A program made the position numbers and the translations under genes. Shown here one piece after another: positions 1-12,400 of a DNA stretch of 64,000 nt (positions within the stretch are counted from its first letter, which is position 1; each line of letters starts with the position of its first letter). Where the stretch lies: positions 57,724-121,723 of the forward strand of contig JAUCBJ010007930.1 in NCBI GenBank assembly GCA_032718475.1, read 5' to 3'. Under the pieces are notes generated by a model that was given only the letters and a program-made list of their open reading frames with translations, did not search any database and was not told where the DNA came from. Source of the DNA: Nemertoderma westbladi. Taxonomy: Eukaryota; Animalia; Xenacoelomorpha.

Positions 1-1277
1 ACTAGTCAGCTAGTAAGATATAGGCCTAGTGATATACCAGCCAGCATAGTACAGTATTACAAATTGTCTGTCAGTCAGTCAGTCTGTGGTCGTACACGTA
101 CAGACAGAGACAGTCAAATAAATAGATAATTAGTACAATCCAGCAATCAGACAATACAGTCAGGAACACTGGCAGACTGGTCACATCACAATATGTCCAA
201 TTTACAGCCAGAATCTAACCGCGGAAAACGCTCTCAGCAGCTTAGTGAAATTTTTCCATAGAAAACAATGCTAAATTTCATTTGAAAACCGGCAGTGCTG
301 CAGTGAAATTTTAACATTGACATTCTAAAAATTATGACAATAGAATCGCCATAAAATTCCGTATAAATTAATTTGAGAATTATAATATCATCGTCTGATC
401 GTTGGGATAACTGGATAACTATCATTAATATTAAAAATAAAAAATTGTCACATTATGTGCCCAGCTTCTGCTTTGAGGACAAGTGGAGTTACAAAATATG
501 TCCAGAAATATAATCGCAGCCTGCTGGCCTGTGAAGGACAAATAGTGGCTGCACTGACACTTTCTCGCTGTAAATATGTGGACAATTTTTGACTGAGCTT
601 CAGTCAGAAAGTGACCAGTGCAGCATTGTTCCTAACTGCAATAGGCTGATAGGCCTATTTCAGTATTTGGGGTGTAGTTCTAGTCGTAGTTCTGTAGTTA
701 CGGTCAGGCAGTACTGCAGTACCGTACAGCCGTACCGGTAATCCTTTCACCTGTAATCAATACCAGTATGTCTGACTGTAGTATGTATTGCTGTACCTAG
801 TTCTGCAGGCTGGCCCTGGCAGGTACCGGTATTGCTGTATTGTAATTGTACCGTCTGACCGTCCAGCCGGTTAGCGCAGTAGCCTACCTGCTGACATCTA
901 AGACCGGTACAGCGGTAGGCTGGCCTGCTGGCAGGTATAAAATCAGACACTCAGATAGCAGATAGTACTGTACAGCTTTAGCAGTTTAGTAACGGTCTGA
1001 CGGTAGTACAGTAGTACAGTACACAGTAGTATGTATGACAGTATGACTGACTATTACTGTATTACTTATTAGATGGTTTTGTACTAGGCCTGCCATAGTC
1101 TACTACTGTACTATATAGTAGGCCATGCTGCCATGGGCCTACTGCATACTGTACAAAAGTACTAGTGATGTGATAGCAGCTCATATTACAGCTATAAACT
1201 GATATTAAAGCTGATTGGCTATCTGGTCTGCTATGTACTACTACTATTACCATGGCCTGCTATATTACTACGGACTA

Positions 1278-1458
1278 CAGGGCACTCGAACTGGCCTCTC
1301 AAAAAGAGGCCAGTTTTTTTTTACAGTATTTAGATATTTTGATATGGAAAGAGTTCTATAAATTTTCATTTGCTGCAATTTGGTCAACGGACGCAATTGA
1401 AGTCTCCTCGTTAAGCAAAATACTTAATTTTTTGGTGGCTAGTGTTTTAGGGCATTAG
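1278..1458. mobile_element. Partial copy of the foldback element arm at 43961-45114
   Basis: gatatggaaagagttctataaattttcatttgctgcaatttggtcaa...gctagtgttttag matches ~44010-44122. Confidence 0.7.
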
Positions 1459-1755
1459 TGTGGCTTGGGTACTACTACTACTAGGATCGGCATGCTGCAT
1501 TGCAGCTGCGTTTTTAAGAATGCTGTGCCGGCTTGTCGACAAAATTAAGTCGCCACAACTCCCTATAACCCATGACATTTGCTAGATCATCCGCATCTTC
1601 AAGGCCAGTGTCCTTTAAGATACATCTCAAGAAAGTCATGGGCTGTCCCCCATGCTTATTCACTCCATGAGCCAGCTAAAGCACAAGATTATGCACTGGC
1701 TGGTCCTCACGGCGAAAGCGATATCCTGCAAAGCGGAGGCGACTTTGTTCTAGTG

Positions 1756-2060
1756 TCAAGCTTGGCGGAACCAATGTGACAGCTCCAATATGTTATATAG
1801 TGTCTGGTTGGAGATGTGTGCATTGTACTTGACACAATGAACCCGGCGTAGCATTCTTGGGAATGTCACATCCAGAGATTTGGTGTCCTCTGCAGTTAGA
1901 GCCCAGCATGGACTCCCATAGAGGAGTATTGGAACTACTGCTGCTCTAAATAATCGGACCTTAAGATTCCGATTAATTATCTGGGACTTCCAAATCCTGG
2001 AAAGCCTATGCAAGGCTGACCATGCCTTTCCCTTACGTATTCGAAGGTTCTTACCTGAAT
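1756..2060 (-). mobile_element. RTE-like LINE, reverse transcriptase C-terminal fragment (degenerate)
   Basis: RIRKGKAWSALHRLSRIWKS...KVRLFRAAVVPILLYGSPCWALT...RMLRR, typical of the RTE-group ORF2 C-terminal region. Confidence 0.8.
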
Positions 2061-2644
2061 TTTGATTATGTATGAATATCCATATACTAGTATTATCAAG
2101 TAGGCATTGCATTGTTGCCAAGCAACTTATGAGATAAACAAAATGTTCTAGAACATTGTGTATTTATTAATAGAATAAAATGGCCTGCATCGGAAGCAAA
2201 TGCATGCAAAATTAGAATACCCATATATATCTCAGCTATTTCCCAACCAAATTCAAATATTTTTACATATTTGGAATCCTTGCACGGTCAGCTTTCAACT
2301 TGTACCAACAAATCACAAAATGTTTGAAGAATAACTGCGGTGTAACTGGTGCAATATCGACGGAGACACTTTTTTTAAACGCTTGTAGCTAAAGAATTAA
2401 AGCGAAAATAAAAATTCTGGCTCACCCAGCAAGGAGGAGGGAGCTGAAATTATCTATGTTTCAATTTTCATGCAATCTCATTAAGATTTGTCGAAAAATT
2501 GGGGGGGGGGGGGACAGGTACCTGAATAACGACACAATATTCCAGGACATAGTGTACATGTGGTTAGAAAGAATTTGCAAGTGTGTGGTGATAGTATTCG
2601 AGCAGGGTGTGGTGATAGGGTGATAGGTCTAATATTCGACTTAA

Positions 2645-3378
2645 GGGGGGGGGGGGGGGGGGTACACCATTTTCGGACAAATCTTCGATTTATCACTCTC
2701 AGCGTTTCAAAAATTTTCGTTTTTGGCTATAATTTGGAATATAGATGCCTAAGATGCTATTCTACATGATAGGCTAGAAAAAAAAATTTTTCGCTATTTA
2801 ATATTAGTTAATACTAGTTAACAATAAAAAAAACTTGGTTGTGCTTAAAACCCTAAGGTTTTTACAGTTTTGAATCTAATCACATGAAAGTTTTTTTATA
2901 TGATAGATCAAAGATGGGGCAACATAACTATCAGGCGAAATTTTGTGAAATTTATTTTGCACCGCTAGGTGGCGCTGCAAATTTAGGCTAAATTTTTAGG
3001 TTTGTTATAAATAGTATTAAATTTTATTAACAAATAATTTCGAAAAGTTGTCTGATACTTTTATGCAGGGTGGCTATCTAGACACCCACAGAAAGTTTCA
3101 GACAAATTGCTCAAAAATTATAGAAGTAGTAGGGTTTTGAAGTTGACAATTTTATAAAAAAAATATTTCGAGATAATCGACCTTTCATTATACATAGTAA
3201 TAGTAATTTCAATAGGAATCCCTAAATGGAATTTGTTATAACTTGAAAACAAAAAGAGCTATTAAATAGCGGTTTTCTGATTTGGAAACACCATTTAATC
3301 GTGCATTATAATAGACCATAAAAAAAAATTCGACATATTTTTGACCAAAATGGTGTACTCCCCCCCCCCCCCCCCCCC
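2645..3378. mobile_element. Non-autonomous Kolobok-like DNA transposon
   Basis: TIRs (G)n-gtacaccatttt / aaaatggtgtact-(C)n flanked by TTAA on both sides (2641-2644, 3379-3382); RR...YY termini with TTAA TSD fit Kolobok. Confidence 0.75.
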
Positions 3379-4238
3379 TTAACTATGATAGGCCAGAAGT
3401 TCATGACCCAAATATACTGGAAATCGCTAAATCTACTAGAGATGGGAATAAGAGTGGGGTGTGGGAGTCACAGGGCGGTAACCACCGTAGTTAGCGACAG
3501 AAATATTATTAGCCCCCAGAACGACGGTGAAAAAGGCATTTCAGAAATAAATTTTTTAAATTGCTGTGTGTTCCACTGTACCTTTATAAGGCGTATGTGG
3601 TGAAGTAGCATCATCATTAACATTACTATTTGCTGAAACACGAATGATGTGCCTATTGGCTCGCATTTACTCAAAATTAATCTCGCAAATAAATAATTGG
3701 AAAATAGGAATATTGGAAGAATACTTGGCTATTCGGCACCTCGTAGTTTATATAAAAATTAAATAACTATTTAAAAAAAAACTATTCAGCGGTTATGACC
3801 ATTGTTTATTTTTTAAACCTCTCTCCCTCGCTGCGTTCGCTTGATACATAAATCAGTCGGGAGATTACGCTGAAAAGGTGTTACTTTTCTCACAATGATA
3901 TAGTTATTTCTGCATTAGTAAATTTCTGCCAGGAACTGACTTATTCATGGATAAATTCATAAATAATAAAATATACAAAGCAATCCAAACACAGCTACTG
4001 TATCGTTTTAGGCATCATTAGAATTCTATTGTTATCTCAACTAAATCTAATCGATGGGTGTAAAATAAAAATACTTTGTAATCATTGTGGTACGTGATCA
4101 ATACACCTTAGGAAGCTAAACATCATATTCCACACAGCAACACAATTAATGCATTAAGATATATAATTGAAGCTAATAGCTTTTAGTAATTCACTTAAAT
4201 TATTCTATATAAATATTTCACAAAGTTCCATTAATGGT

Positions 4239-5975
4239 TCACTTAAAAGCAGTATAGATCTTAGCTTTAGCAGAACCCCAAGCTTCCATCATTAATTTAT
4301 GGGATTTTTTAGTTTCTAATGGATATAGGCGTCGTCGCATTTCACTCGGTAATATATTATAACAATAGGGACACAAAGGCCGCATATCTAGGTCCAGTAA
4401 AGCGTCCACCGCTGATAAATTCACATTACAGCAGCAACAGTTAAAATGTATTGTACAATATTTCTTAGCATTGAAGGATATGACATCACCAACGATAACC
4501 TTGTTGCAATAGAAACAGATGTTACCGAACAACTTATTGTAATGGGCTTCGCAGTAAGCCAATCCGTTTCTTTCATAGAAACGATGGCCATGAAAAGGTT
4601 TCTCGCAGTAGGAGCATACAAAGTGTTCTATATGCCAGACTTTACCTAGTGCGTGAACCCGTCTATCTTCAATAGGGCGTCGGCATGCTCCACATATCGG
4701 GATGCCCATGGCATCGTGACAAGGTAGACAGTATAGCTTTCCTTTCACCTCACGAGCTGAACACGTTAACTCCACTGAACATTTGGAGCATTTGAAATGG
4801 TATGGATGATAGTGATCCCCACCGAACTTTAAACTCGGTTCTTCAATGTAAGACTGGCAGCGCAAGCAAATGAACATACCCTCAGACTGTTCTTTATCTC
4901 GCATATGACACTGACGGCAAAGAGCTCGATGATTAACCTTAACAAACCCAAGATCAGCTAGTTCAATCCCACAAGAGGTGCAACAGAAACATTCTGGATG
5001 CCAAGAACGATCCATGGCTCGCAGCACTCGCCCGATTACAAATTCTTTGCATTGTGCACAACATGGAGCAAAGAGGACATGAAAATCGGTTTCGCAATAT
5101 TTCCTCCCATCAAATTCAAAGTACAAACTATCAGAAAATGGCCTAAAACACTGAGCGCAAACGAAACATTCTATGTGCCACAGCTCTCCCTTGCAATTAA
5201 CCATTTTTTCCTCTGCTTGGAACATTTCTCCACAACGTGTACAAGATGACACAGGCAGATCAAGCTGATGGTGTGCACCTGCCTTATGTACCTCAACAGT
5301 GACACCACCGCGATTAGCTTCATCTAGCCTAGGAGGCAATGGGGGCGGATGTAGATCATCATCAACATCACTAACTTCGGTGAGGGTTCGAGAAATCCCA
5401 GAACGTTGAGATTCATTGGTGGCTGATCTATGTAAGTGCAAGGGTGGAAGAGCCTCCATTAATTCCCGTTGCTGCCATACAGGTTCTGTAACTGGATCCT
5501 CTGTAAACCATTGATGTCTAACTGTTTGCGGTTGAGACATATACAATGTTTTGGTAACTATTTCCCCTTCAGGTCCTACTTCGGCCCATTGTTTATGGAC
5601 ATTCATTCCCTTCGTGGTATCATTCTGGACATCATGGACAATCCTTGATTCAGAGTAGTTACTTTTCGCACCATTTGCTACTTCTAGAAAAGGTCCCACG
5701 GAATCAACACCACGCCCTAACTGAACCTTACGATGGATCTTTCGGCCATCTGGGAGGGTTTCAGTAAACTCCTGCAATGACAAACCATCAGTTCCTGTTG
5801 GTGCACCGATCACTTGATCATTACTAAGTGGAATAGGTCCAGAGCCAGCCGCTGATGCATTATGTAATTGATACTCATGCGACTTTATGATATTAACTCG
5901 CTGACCTGAAGAAACATCTCCAAAGTCTTGTGGCCTAATATTTAATTGGCTCTGTGTTGGGTGAGAATAATCCAT
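4239..5975 (-). CDS. LIMS1: PINCH/LIMS five-LIM-domain adaptor with ~240-aa N-terminal extension, intronless
   Basis: CTRCGEMFQAEEKMVNCKGELWHIECFVCAQCFRPF...FEFDGRKYCETDFHVLFAPCC; MGIPICGACRRPIEDRRVHALGKVWHIEHFVC; five LIM repeats in one 578-aa ORF. Confidence 0.95.
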   Translation of the reverse strand: MDYSHPTQSQLNIRPQDFGDVSSGQRVNIIKSHEYQLHNASAAGSGPIPLSNDQVIGAPTGTDGLSLQEFTETLPDGRKIHRKVQLGRGVDSVGPFLEVANGAKSNYSESRIVHDVQNDTTKGMNVHKQWAEVGPEGEIVTKTLYMSQPQTVRHQWFTEDPVTEPVWQQRELMEALPPLHLHRSATNESQRSGISRTLTEVSDVDDDLHPPPLPPRLDEANRGGVTVEVHKAGAHHQLDLPVSSCTRCGEMFQAEEKMVNCKGELWHIECFVCAQCFRPFSDSLYFEFDGRKYCETDFHVLFAPCCAQCKEFVIGRVLRAMDRSWHPECFCCTSCGIELADLGFVKVNHRALCRQCHMRDKEQSEGMFICLRCQSYIEEPSLKFGGDHYHPYHFKCSKCSVELTCSAREVKGKLYCLPCHDAMGIPICGACRRPIEDRRVHALGKVWHIEHFVCSYCEKPFHGHRFYERNGLAYCEAHYNKLFGNICFYCNKVIVGDVISFNAKKYCTIHFNCCCCNVNLSAVDALLDLDMRPLCPYCYNILPSEMRRRLYPLETKKSHKLMMEAWGSAKAKIYTAFK

Positions 5976-7599
5976 GTTATATGAAAACGACTATCATGAT
6001 ACGGCTATTAATTTTCATACTAGTTTATGATAATAATAATTAATACATATAAATATTAAATAAATCAATTCTCTAGGCCTACTATATTATACGAAACTTA
6101 CTTGCATTACTTGATTCACATGGTTAAAAGGAGGTGTGTGTTTCGTATCTTATACTATATTTATAATATCTAACCATTTCCTTTGTAGAAACCTGTTACA
6201 TGAACACGACGTATATTCATCAAAACGCGCAGTTCGTCACAAAATTATTTTCGAATAAAATTTTGTACTCCTTGTCACCTTTCAGTGCGGCACTTTATAT
6301 ATTTTATATATTGCAGTACTCGTCTCCATTAAAATCACTTGTATTTATTAACAGACTCTTACACTGTGTGTTAAGTACAATATAATTGTGTCCAATAAAA
6401 TAGAATGCAATATAAGTGTATTTTCATATCACGACTCCATGTTTACTAAAAAGAAAAGAGTTTTGGTTTTAATAGAGAGCTAATATTTCTCTACTTAAAC
6501 TTAAGTGTTGACATAATTTCTTCAAACATCCGTTAGTACGACAGCCTAGGCCAACAAATATAAATTATGGTTAATTTTCGTAATATTCATACATTCGTAG
6601 ATTGGTTGGTTGTAAGTATCAATCAATAGAAGTCCATATGTCAGTCGTTGTTTCACTAGGTGAAACCACTTTTCCTTGTAAATATCGAATAGAGGAAAAT
6701 TTTAAAAAAATAAAAATTTTAGGGAACATCATCGATTAAATCCCAAACATGAAATAATCTAAATTAATAAATAAATGACTGAATAAAAATATAAATAAAA
6801 TGTATTCAAATATATATTTTATATATTATAAAAATATTAAAATATAAATGAAGTAACTTGTATTTACTACGCATTTTTCCTATTACAATATTCAATAATT
6901 GTATATTTAATAGTAAACATAATTGAAATTGACCAATATAATAATATCAAATTATTATAAGAAATAAAAAGACAAACGAGAAATTGACTTCTTTAAGATT
7001 AACTTAGCTTTAAGATCAATACCCAAGAGTAATGAATATAATTAATTACCAACCATAGTTTTAATTATTAACCAACCACTAACAGTATTCTATGCATGGG
7101 TGGGCCAGGATTGTAAGAAAGATTGGAATACAAACAGTTGGACTAGGTCCAGGTTAATAACCCCTATATTATAAGCTCTTCCGCCACCCAACAGCCACAA
7201 TTACTATATCGTTCTCATTGTGAAACCGCTAACAGATATAACACACCCTATTTAATTCCCTCAATAGAGAATGAATGTCAATTGATTGAGGTCAATAACG
7301 TTGTAAGTCGACCATTACTCGGAAACGATAAAACTTAACTTAAAAGATTATAACTAAAGACTAATTAATTTGATGTGTGTACTGTGAGAGTAGCAGGGCT
7401 ATAGTTTAAGGGCCACAAAGCGCAATACATAACATAATAGTCTAACAAAGGATACCTGTCTACGGCCAAGTAGAGTATACATTGTTGTATGTGAGCTGAG
7501 TAGTAGCTGGCTGAAGGCTGGCAATGGAGTTAGAAGGCCATAAAAGACGTATTGCAGATAGTCAGGAGGTATTTCAAGGTGCATACCGGTATTTTACGT

Positions 7600-7760
7600 G
7601 TATTGCTATCGGAATGGGTAGAGCGCCAAACCAAACCTTGAGCTCACCTGTTCGATCCCACCTGGACGACTTTTATAGAGTCAGCAGTCAGAGTTCGTGT
7701 TTAATGTTGGCAGTGAAAATAAATCCAGCCTGCCACCTTTTAACACGCAAACAAAATAAT
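7600..7760 (+). mobile_element. Possible tRNA-derived SINE (degenerate)
   Basis: ggtagagcg (A-box-like) and gttcgatcccacctgg (B-box-like). Confidence 0.35.
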
Positions 7761-8254
7761 CTAAATGAAATTTGTGTCAGACACTAAGGCCCGCCGCACA
7801 ATAGAGATGCACGATGCAAAAAAGGACATCCTCGATCTTCTATTTTTGCAACTTGCAGCACGAATTATAGAACATGGTAGACTATCATGGGAGGCCATAT
7901 ACTAGAAATGCAAGATGCATGATACATTTTTTGAAAGATACATCAAAAAAAGGACAATTCGGACAAAAGTTTCAATGTTTTGAAATTGCAAATTAACTTA
8001 ACATAAAAATAACTTTAAATTTCCCGCTTTCAGCCTTCTCATAGGGTTAATGTTAAATAAATATGGAAAAATTAGTGCCTAGAAGTAAAAATTTTACTGT
8101 AAACTATGTTCCTAGATTTAGTTTATTGTTTTGGTTAGAAAAGCCTGCTATTATAACCTGGTACTTTCCTTTAAAAGGTTCCTTAAATGGTGATATCGAA
8201 ATTAAATATTAGCAAAATTAAGTTAATATATTAAAATAGGCTGAAACCACACCC

Positions 8255-8880
8255 CAATTGGTAATATACCCAAGGTACCGCCCATCATCATTATGATGAT
8301 CTAAGGACATGCGTAGAACATAGTCAACCACAATTATGAACAAGAATGGTGCAAGTTCACTTCAAATGGTTGTGCCACCGTCAACAGTAGACACAAATGT
8401 TGTCGAACCATCGTATATTGATCTGATTGCTGCAATAATTTCATCAGGAATCCCATATAATGAAAGTATGCTGAACATACGTTAGCGAGAGACTGAATCA
8501 AAGGCCTTGAAGAAGTCAACAAAGATAACAGCCAGATGCCTGTCTTTCTTTTTTGATAACTCTTCAATTATCCTTCTAAGTGCCAAAATGGGCTCCATGG
8601 TCCCACGACCTTTACGGAACCCATTCTGATTTCCACGTAGCAGTCTCTCAATGGGATCCCTGATGCGATTTAATAGAATCCTATTGTATAGCTTTGCAGC
8701 AATCGAGATCAATGAGATTCCCCGAAAAGAACCATAGAGTGTTAGGTTGCCCTTCTTGGGAACTGGCACCAACTTAATTGTTTTCATTTCTTGTGGGACT
8801 CTTGTTGTTCGGTACATGTCTACTATGATGGGATAGATGAGATAGGATACAGCTACAAGATAGAGCATAGCCTCAGCAGT
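8255..8880 (-). mobile_element. RTE-like LINE, reverse transcriptase N-terminal/central fragment (stop and frameshifts)
   Basis: PVPKKGNL...FRGISLISIAAKLYNRILLNRI...NQNGFRKGRGT...FVDFFKAFDSV; downstream IIVVDYVLR. Confidence 0.85.
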
Positions 8881-9497
8881 ATAAATACTGTAGTTACTCA
8901 CTTGTTTCATTAAATTGTTTTCTTAATACAAAACGCATACACAACAACAACTTTATCCAAACGATCAGCCAGTATTATTATTATTTGATACACTCGCACT
9001 AAACTATGTACAACCATCAGTTGCTTCTAGTCGCTAGGAAACTAAACTTTACTCCCTTAACTCCGGTATAAAACGTCTTTATTATTTTCCTTATAATAAA
9101 CTATGAATTTATTAATCTTGAACTTAACTTAGAATCTTTGTGAATTGAAACTCAGCACGATAATTACAGTGTTTTAGAACTCTGTATTTAGTCGCCTTCA
9201 GATTGGTCGAATTTTAATAGTGTTGCTGGAACTCTAAACAGATTAATTTGTCGAGTCCTCAAACTATTATTTAGGTAATGTATTATATAGTTTAGATTAT
9301 GTAGTTTATGTTGTTTTTGTGTTTAAATTTGTGCACCCAGTCAAATATTGCAGTTTTCTCGTTTAATGCAAGTAGTTTACGAGTCGATGGGTTGTTTATT
9401 ATTTCTCTCTCGTCCGTTATGTGTCGTCCGTCCGTCATGTTGTTATTATTTTACCTTTAACTTAAGTTTGTTATTGTTGTACTCGGGCTGCGCGTTA

Positions 9498-12400
9498 TTC
9501 TTGGTGGGAATCAAGACTTCCTCTAAAGGACGCCTTCTTGGTGGGAATCAAGACTTCCTCTAAAGGACGCCTTCTTGGTGGGAATCAAGACTTCCTCTAA
9601 AGGACGCCTTCTTGGTGGGAATCAAGACTTCCTCTAAAGGACGCCTTCTTGGTGGGAATCAAGACTTCCTCTAAAGGACGCCTTCTTGGTGGGAATCAAG
9701 ACTTCCTCTAAAGGACGCCTTCTTGGTGGGACTCAAGACTTCCTCTAAATGACGCCTTCTTGGTGGGAATCAAGACTTCCTCTAAAGGACGCCTTCTTGG
9801 TGGGAATCAAGACTTCCTCTAAAGGACGCGTTCTTGGTGGGAATCAAGACTTCCTCTAAAGGACGCCTTCTTGGTGGGAATCAAGACTTCCTCGAAAGGA
9901 CGCCTTCTTGGTGGGAATCAAGACTTCCTCTAAAGGACACGTTCTTGGTGGGAATCAAGACTTCCTCTAAAGGACGCCTTCTTGGTGGGAATCAAGACTT
10001 CCTCTAAAGGACGCCTTCTTGGTGGGAATCAAGACTTCCTCTAAAGGACGCCTTCTTGGTGGGAATCAAGACTTCCTCTAAAGGACGCCTTCTTGGTGGG
10101 AATCAAGACTTCCACTAAAGGACGCCTCCTTGGCGGGAATCAAGACTTCCTCTAAAGGACGCCTTCTTGGTGGGAATCAAGACTTCCTCTAAAGGACGCG
10201 TTCTTGGTGGGAATCAAGACTTCCTCTAAAGGACGCCTTCTTGGTGGGAATCAAGACTTCCTCGAAAGGACGCCTTCTTGGTGGGAATCAAGACTTCCTC
10301 TAAAGGACGCGTTCTTGGTGGGAATCAAGACTTCCTCTAAAGGACACCTTCTTGGTGGGAATCAAGACTTCCTCTAAAGGACGCCTTCTTGGTGGGAATC
10401 AAGACTTCCTCTAAAGGACGCCTTCTTGGTGGGAATCAAGACTTCCTCTAAAGGACACCTTCTTGGTGGGACTCAAGACTTCCTCTAAAGGACGCCTTCT
10501 TGGTGGGAATCAAGACTTCCTCTAAAGGACGCCTTCTTGGTGGGAATCAAGACTTCCTCTAAAGGACGCCTTCTTGGTGTGAATCAAGACTTCCTCTAAA
10601 GGACGCCTTCTTGGTGGGAATCAAGACTTCCTCTAAAGGACGCCTTCTTGGTGGGAATCAAGACTTCCTCTAAAGGACGCCTTCTTGGTGGGAATCAAGA
10701 CTTCCTCTAAAGGACGCCTTCTTGGTGGGACTCAAGACTTCCTCTAAAGGACGCGTTCTTGGTGGGAATCAAGACTTCCTCTAAAGGATGCCTTCTTGGT
10801 GGGAATCAAGACTTCCTCTAAAGGACGCCTTCTTGGTGGGAATCAAGACTTCCTCTAAAGGACGCCTTCTTGGTGGGAATCAAGACTTCCTCTAAAGGAC
10901 GCCTCCTTGGTGGGAATCAAGACTTCCTCTAAAGGACGCCTTCTTGGTGGGAATCAAGACTTACTCTAAAGGACGCCTTCTTGGTGGGAATCAAGACTTC
11001 CTCTAAATGACGCCTTCTTGGTGGGAATCAAGACTTCCTCTAAAGGATGCCTTCTTGGTGGGAATCAAGACTTCCTCTAAAGGACGCCTTCTTGGTATGA
11101 ATCAAGACTTCCTCTAAAGGACGCCGTCTTGGTGAGATTCAAGACTTCCTCTAAAGGACGCCTTCTTGGTGGGAATCCAGACTTCCTCTAAAGGACGCCT
11201 TCTTGGTGGGAATCAAGACTTCCTCTGAAGGACGCCTTCTTGGTGGGAATCAAGATTTCCTCTAAAGGACGCGTTCTTGGTGGGAATCAAGACTTCCTCT
11301 AAAGGACGCCTTCTTGGTGGGAATCAAGACTTCCTCTAAAGGACGCCTTCTTGGTGGGAATCAAGACTTCCTCTAAAGGACACCTTCTTGGTGGGACTCA
11401 AGACTTCCTCTAAAGGACGCGTTCTTGGTGGGAATCAAGACTTCCTCTAAAGGATGCCTTCTTGGTGGGAATCAAGACTTCCTCTAAAGGACGCCTTCTT
11501 GGTGGGAATCAAGACTTCCTCTAAAGGACGCCTTCTTGGTGGGAATCAAGACTTCCTCTAAAGGACGCCTCCTTGGTGGGAATCAAGACTTCCTCTAAAG
11601 GACGCCTTCTTGGTGGGAATCAAGACTTACTCTAAAGGACGCCTTCTTGGTGGGAATCAAGACTTCCTCTAAATGACGCCTTCTTGGTGGGAATCAAGAC
11701 TTCCTCTAAAGGATGCCTTCTTGGTGGGAATCAAGACTTCCTCTAAAGGACGCCTTCTTGGTATGAATCAAGACTTCCTCTAAAGGACGCCGTCTTGGTG
11801 AGATTCAAGACTTCCTCTAAAGGACGCCTTCTTGGTGGGAATCCAGACTTCCTCTAAAGGACGCCTTCTTGGTGGGAATCAAGACTTCCTCTGAAGGACG
11901 CCTTCTTGGTGGGAATCAAGATTTCCTCTAAAGGACGCGTTCTTGGTGGGAATCAAGACTTCCTCTAAAGGACGCCTTCTTGGTGGGAATCAAGACTTCC
12001 TCTAAAGGACGCCTTCTTGGTGGGAATCAAGACTTCCTCTAAAGGACGCCTTCTTGGTGGGAATCCAGACTTCCTCTAAAGGACGCTTTCTTGGTGGGAA
12101 TCCAGACTTCCTCTAAAGGACGCCTTCTTGGTGGGAATCAAGACTTCCACTAAAGGACACCTCCTTGGCGGGAATCAAGACTTCCTCTAAAGGACGCCTT
12201 CTTGGTGGGAATCAAGACTTCCTCTAAAGGACACGTTCTTGGTGGGAATCAAGACTTCCTCTAAAGGACGCCTTCTTGGTGGGAATCAAGACTTCCTCTA
12301 AAGGACGCCTTCTTGGTGGGAATCAAGACTTCCTTTAAAGGACGCCTTCTTGGTGGGAATCAAGACTTCCTCTAAAGGACGCCTTCTTGGTGGGAATCAA

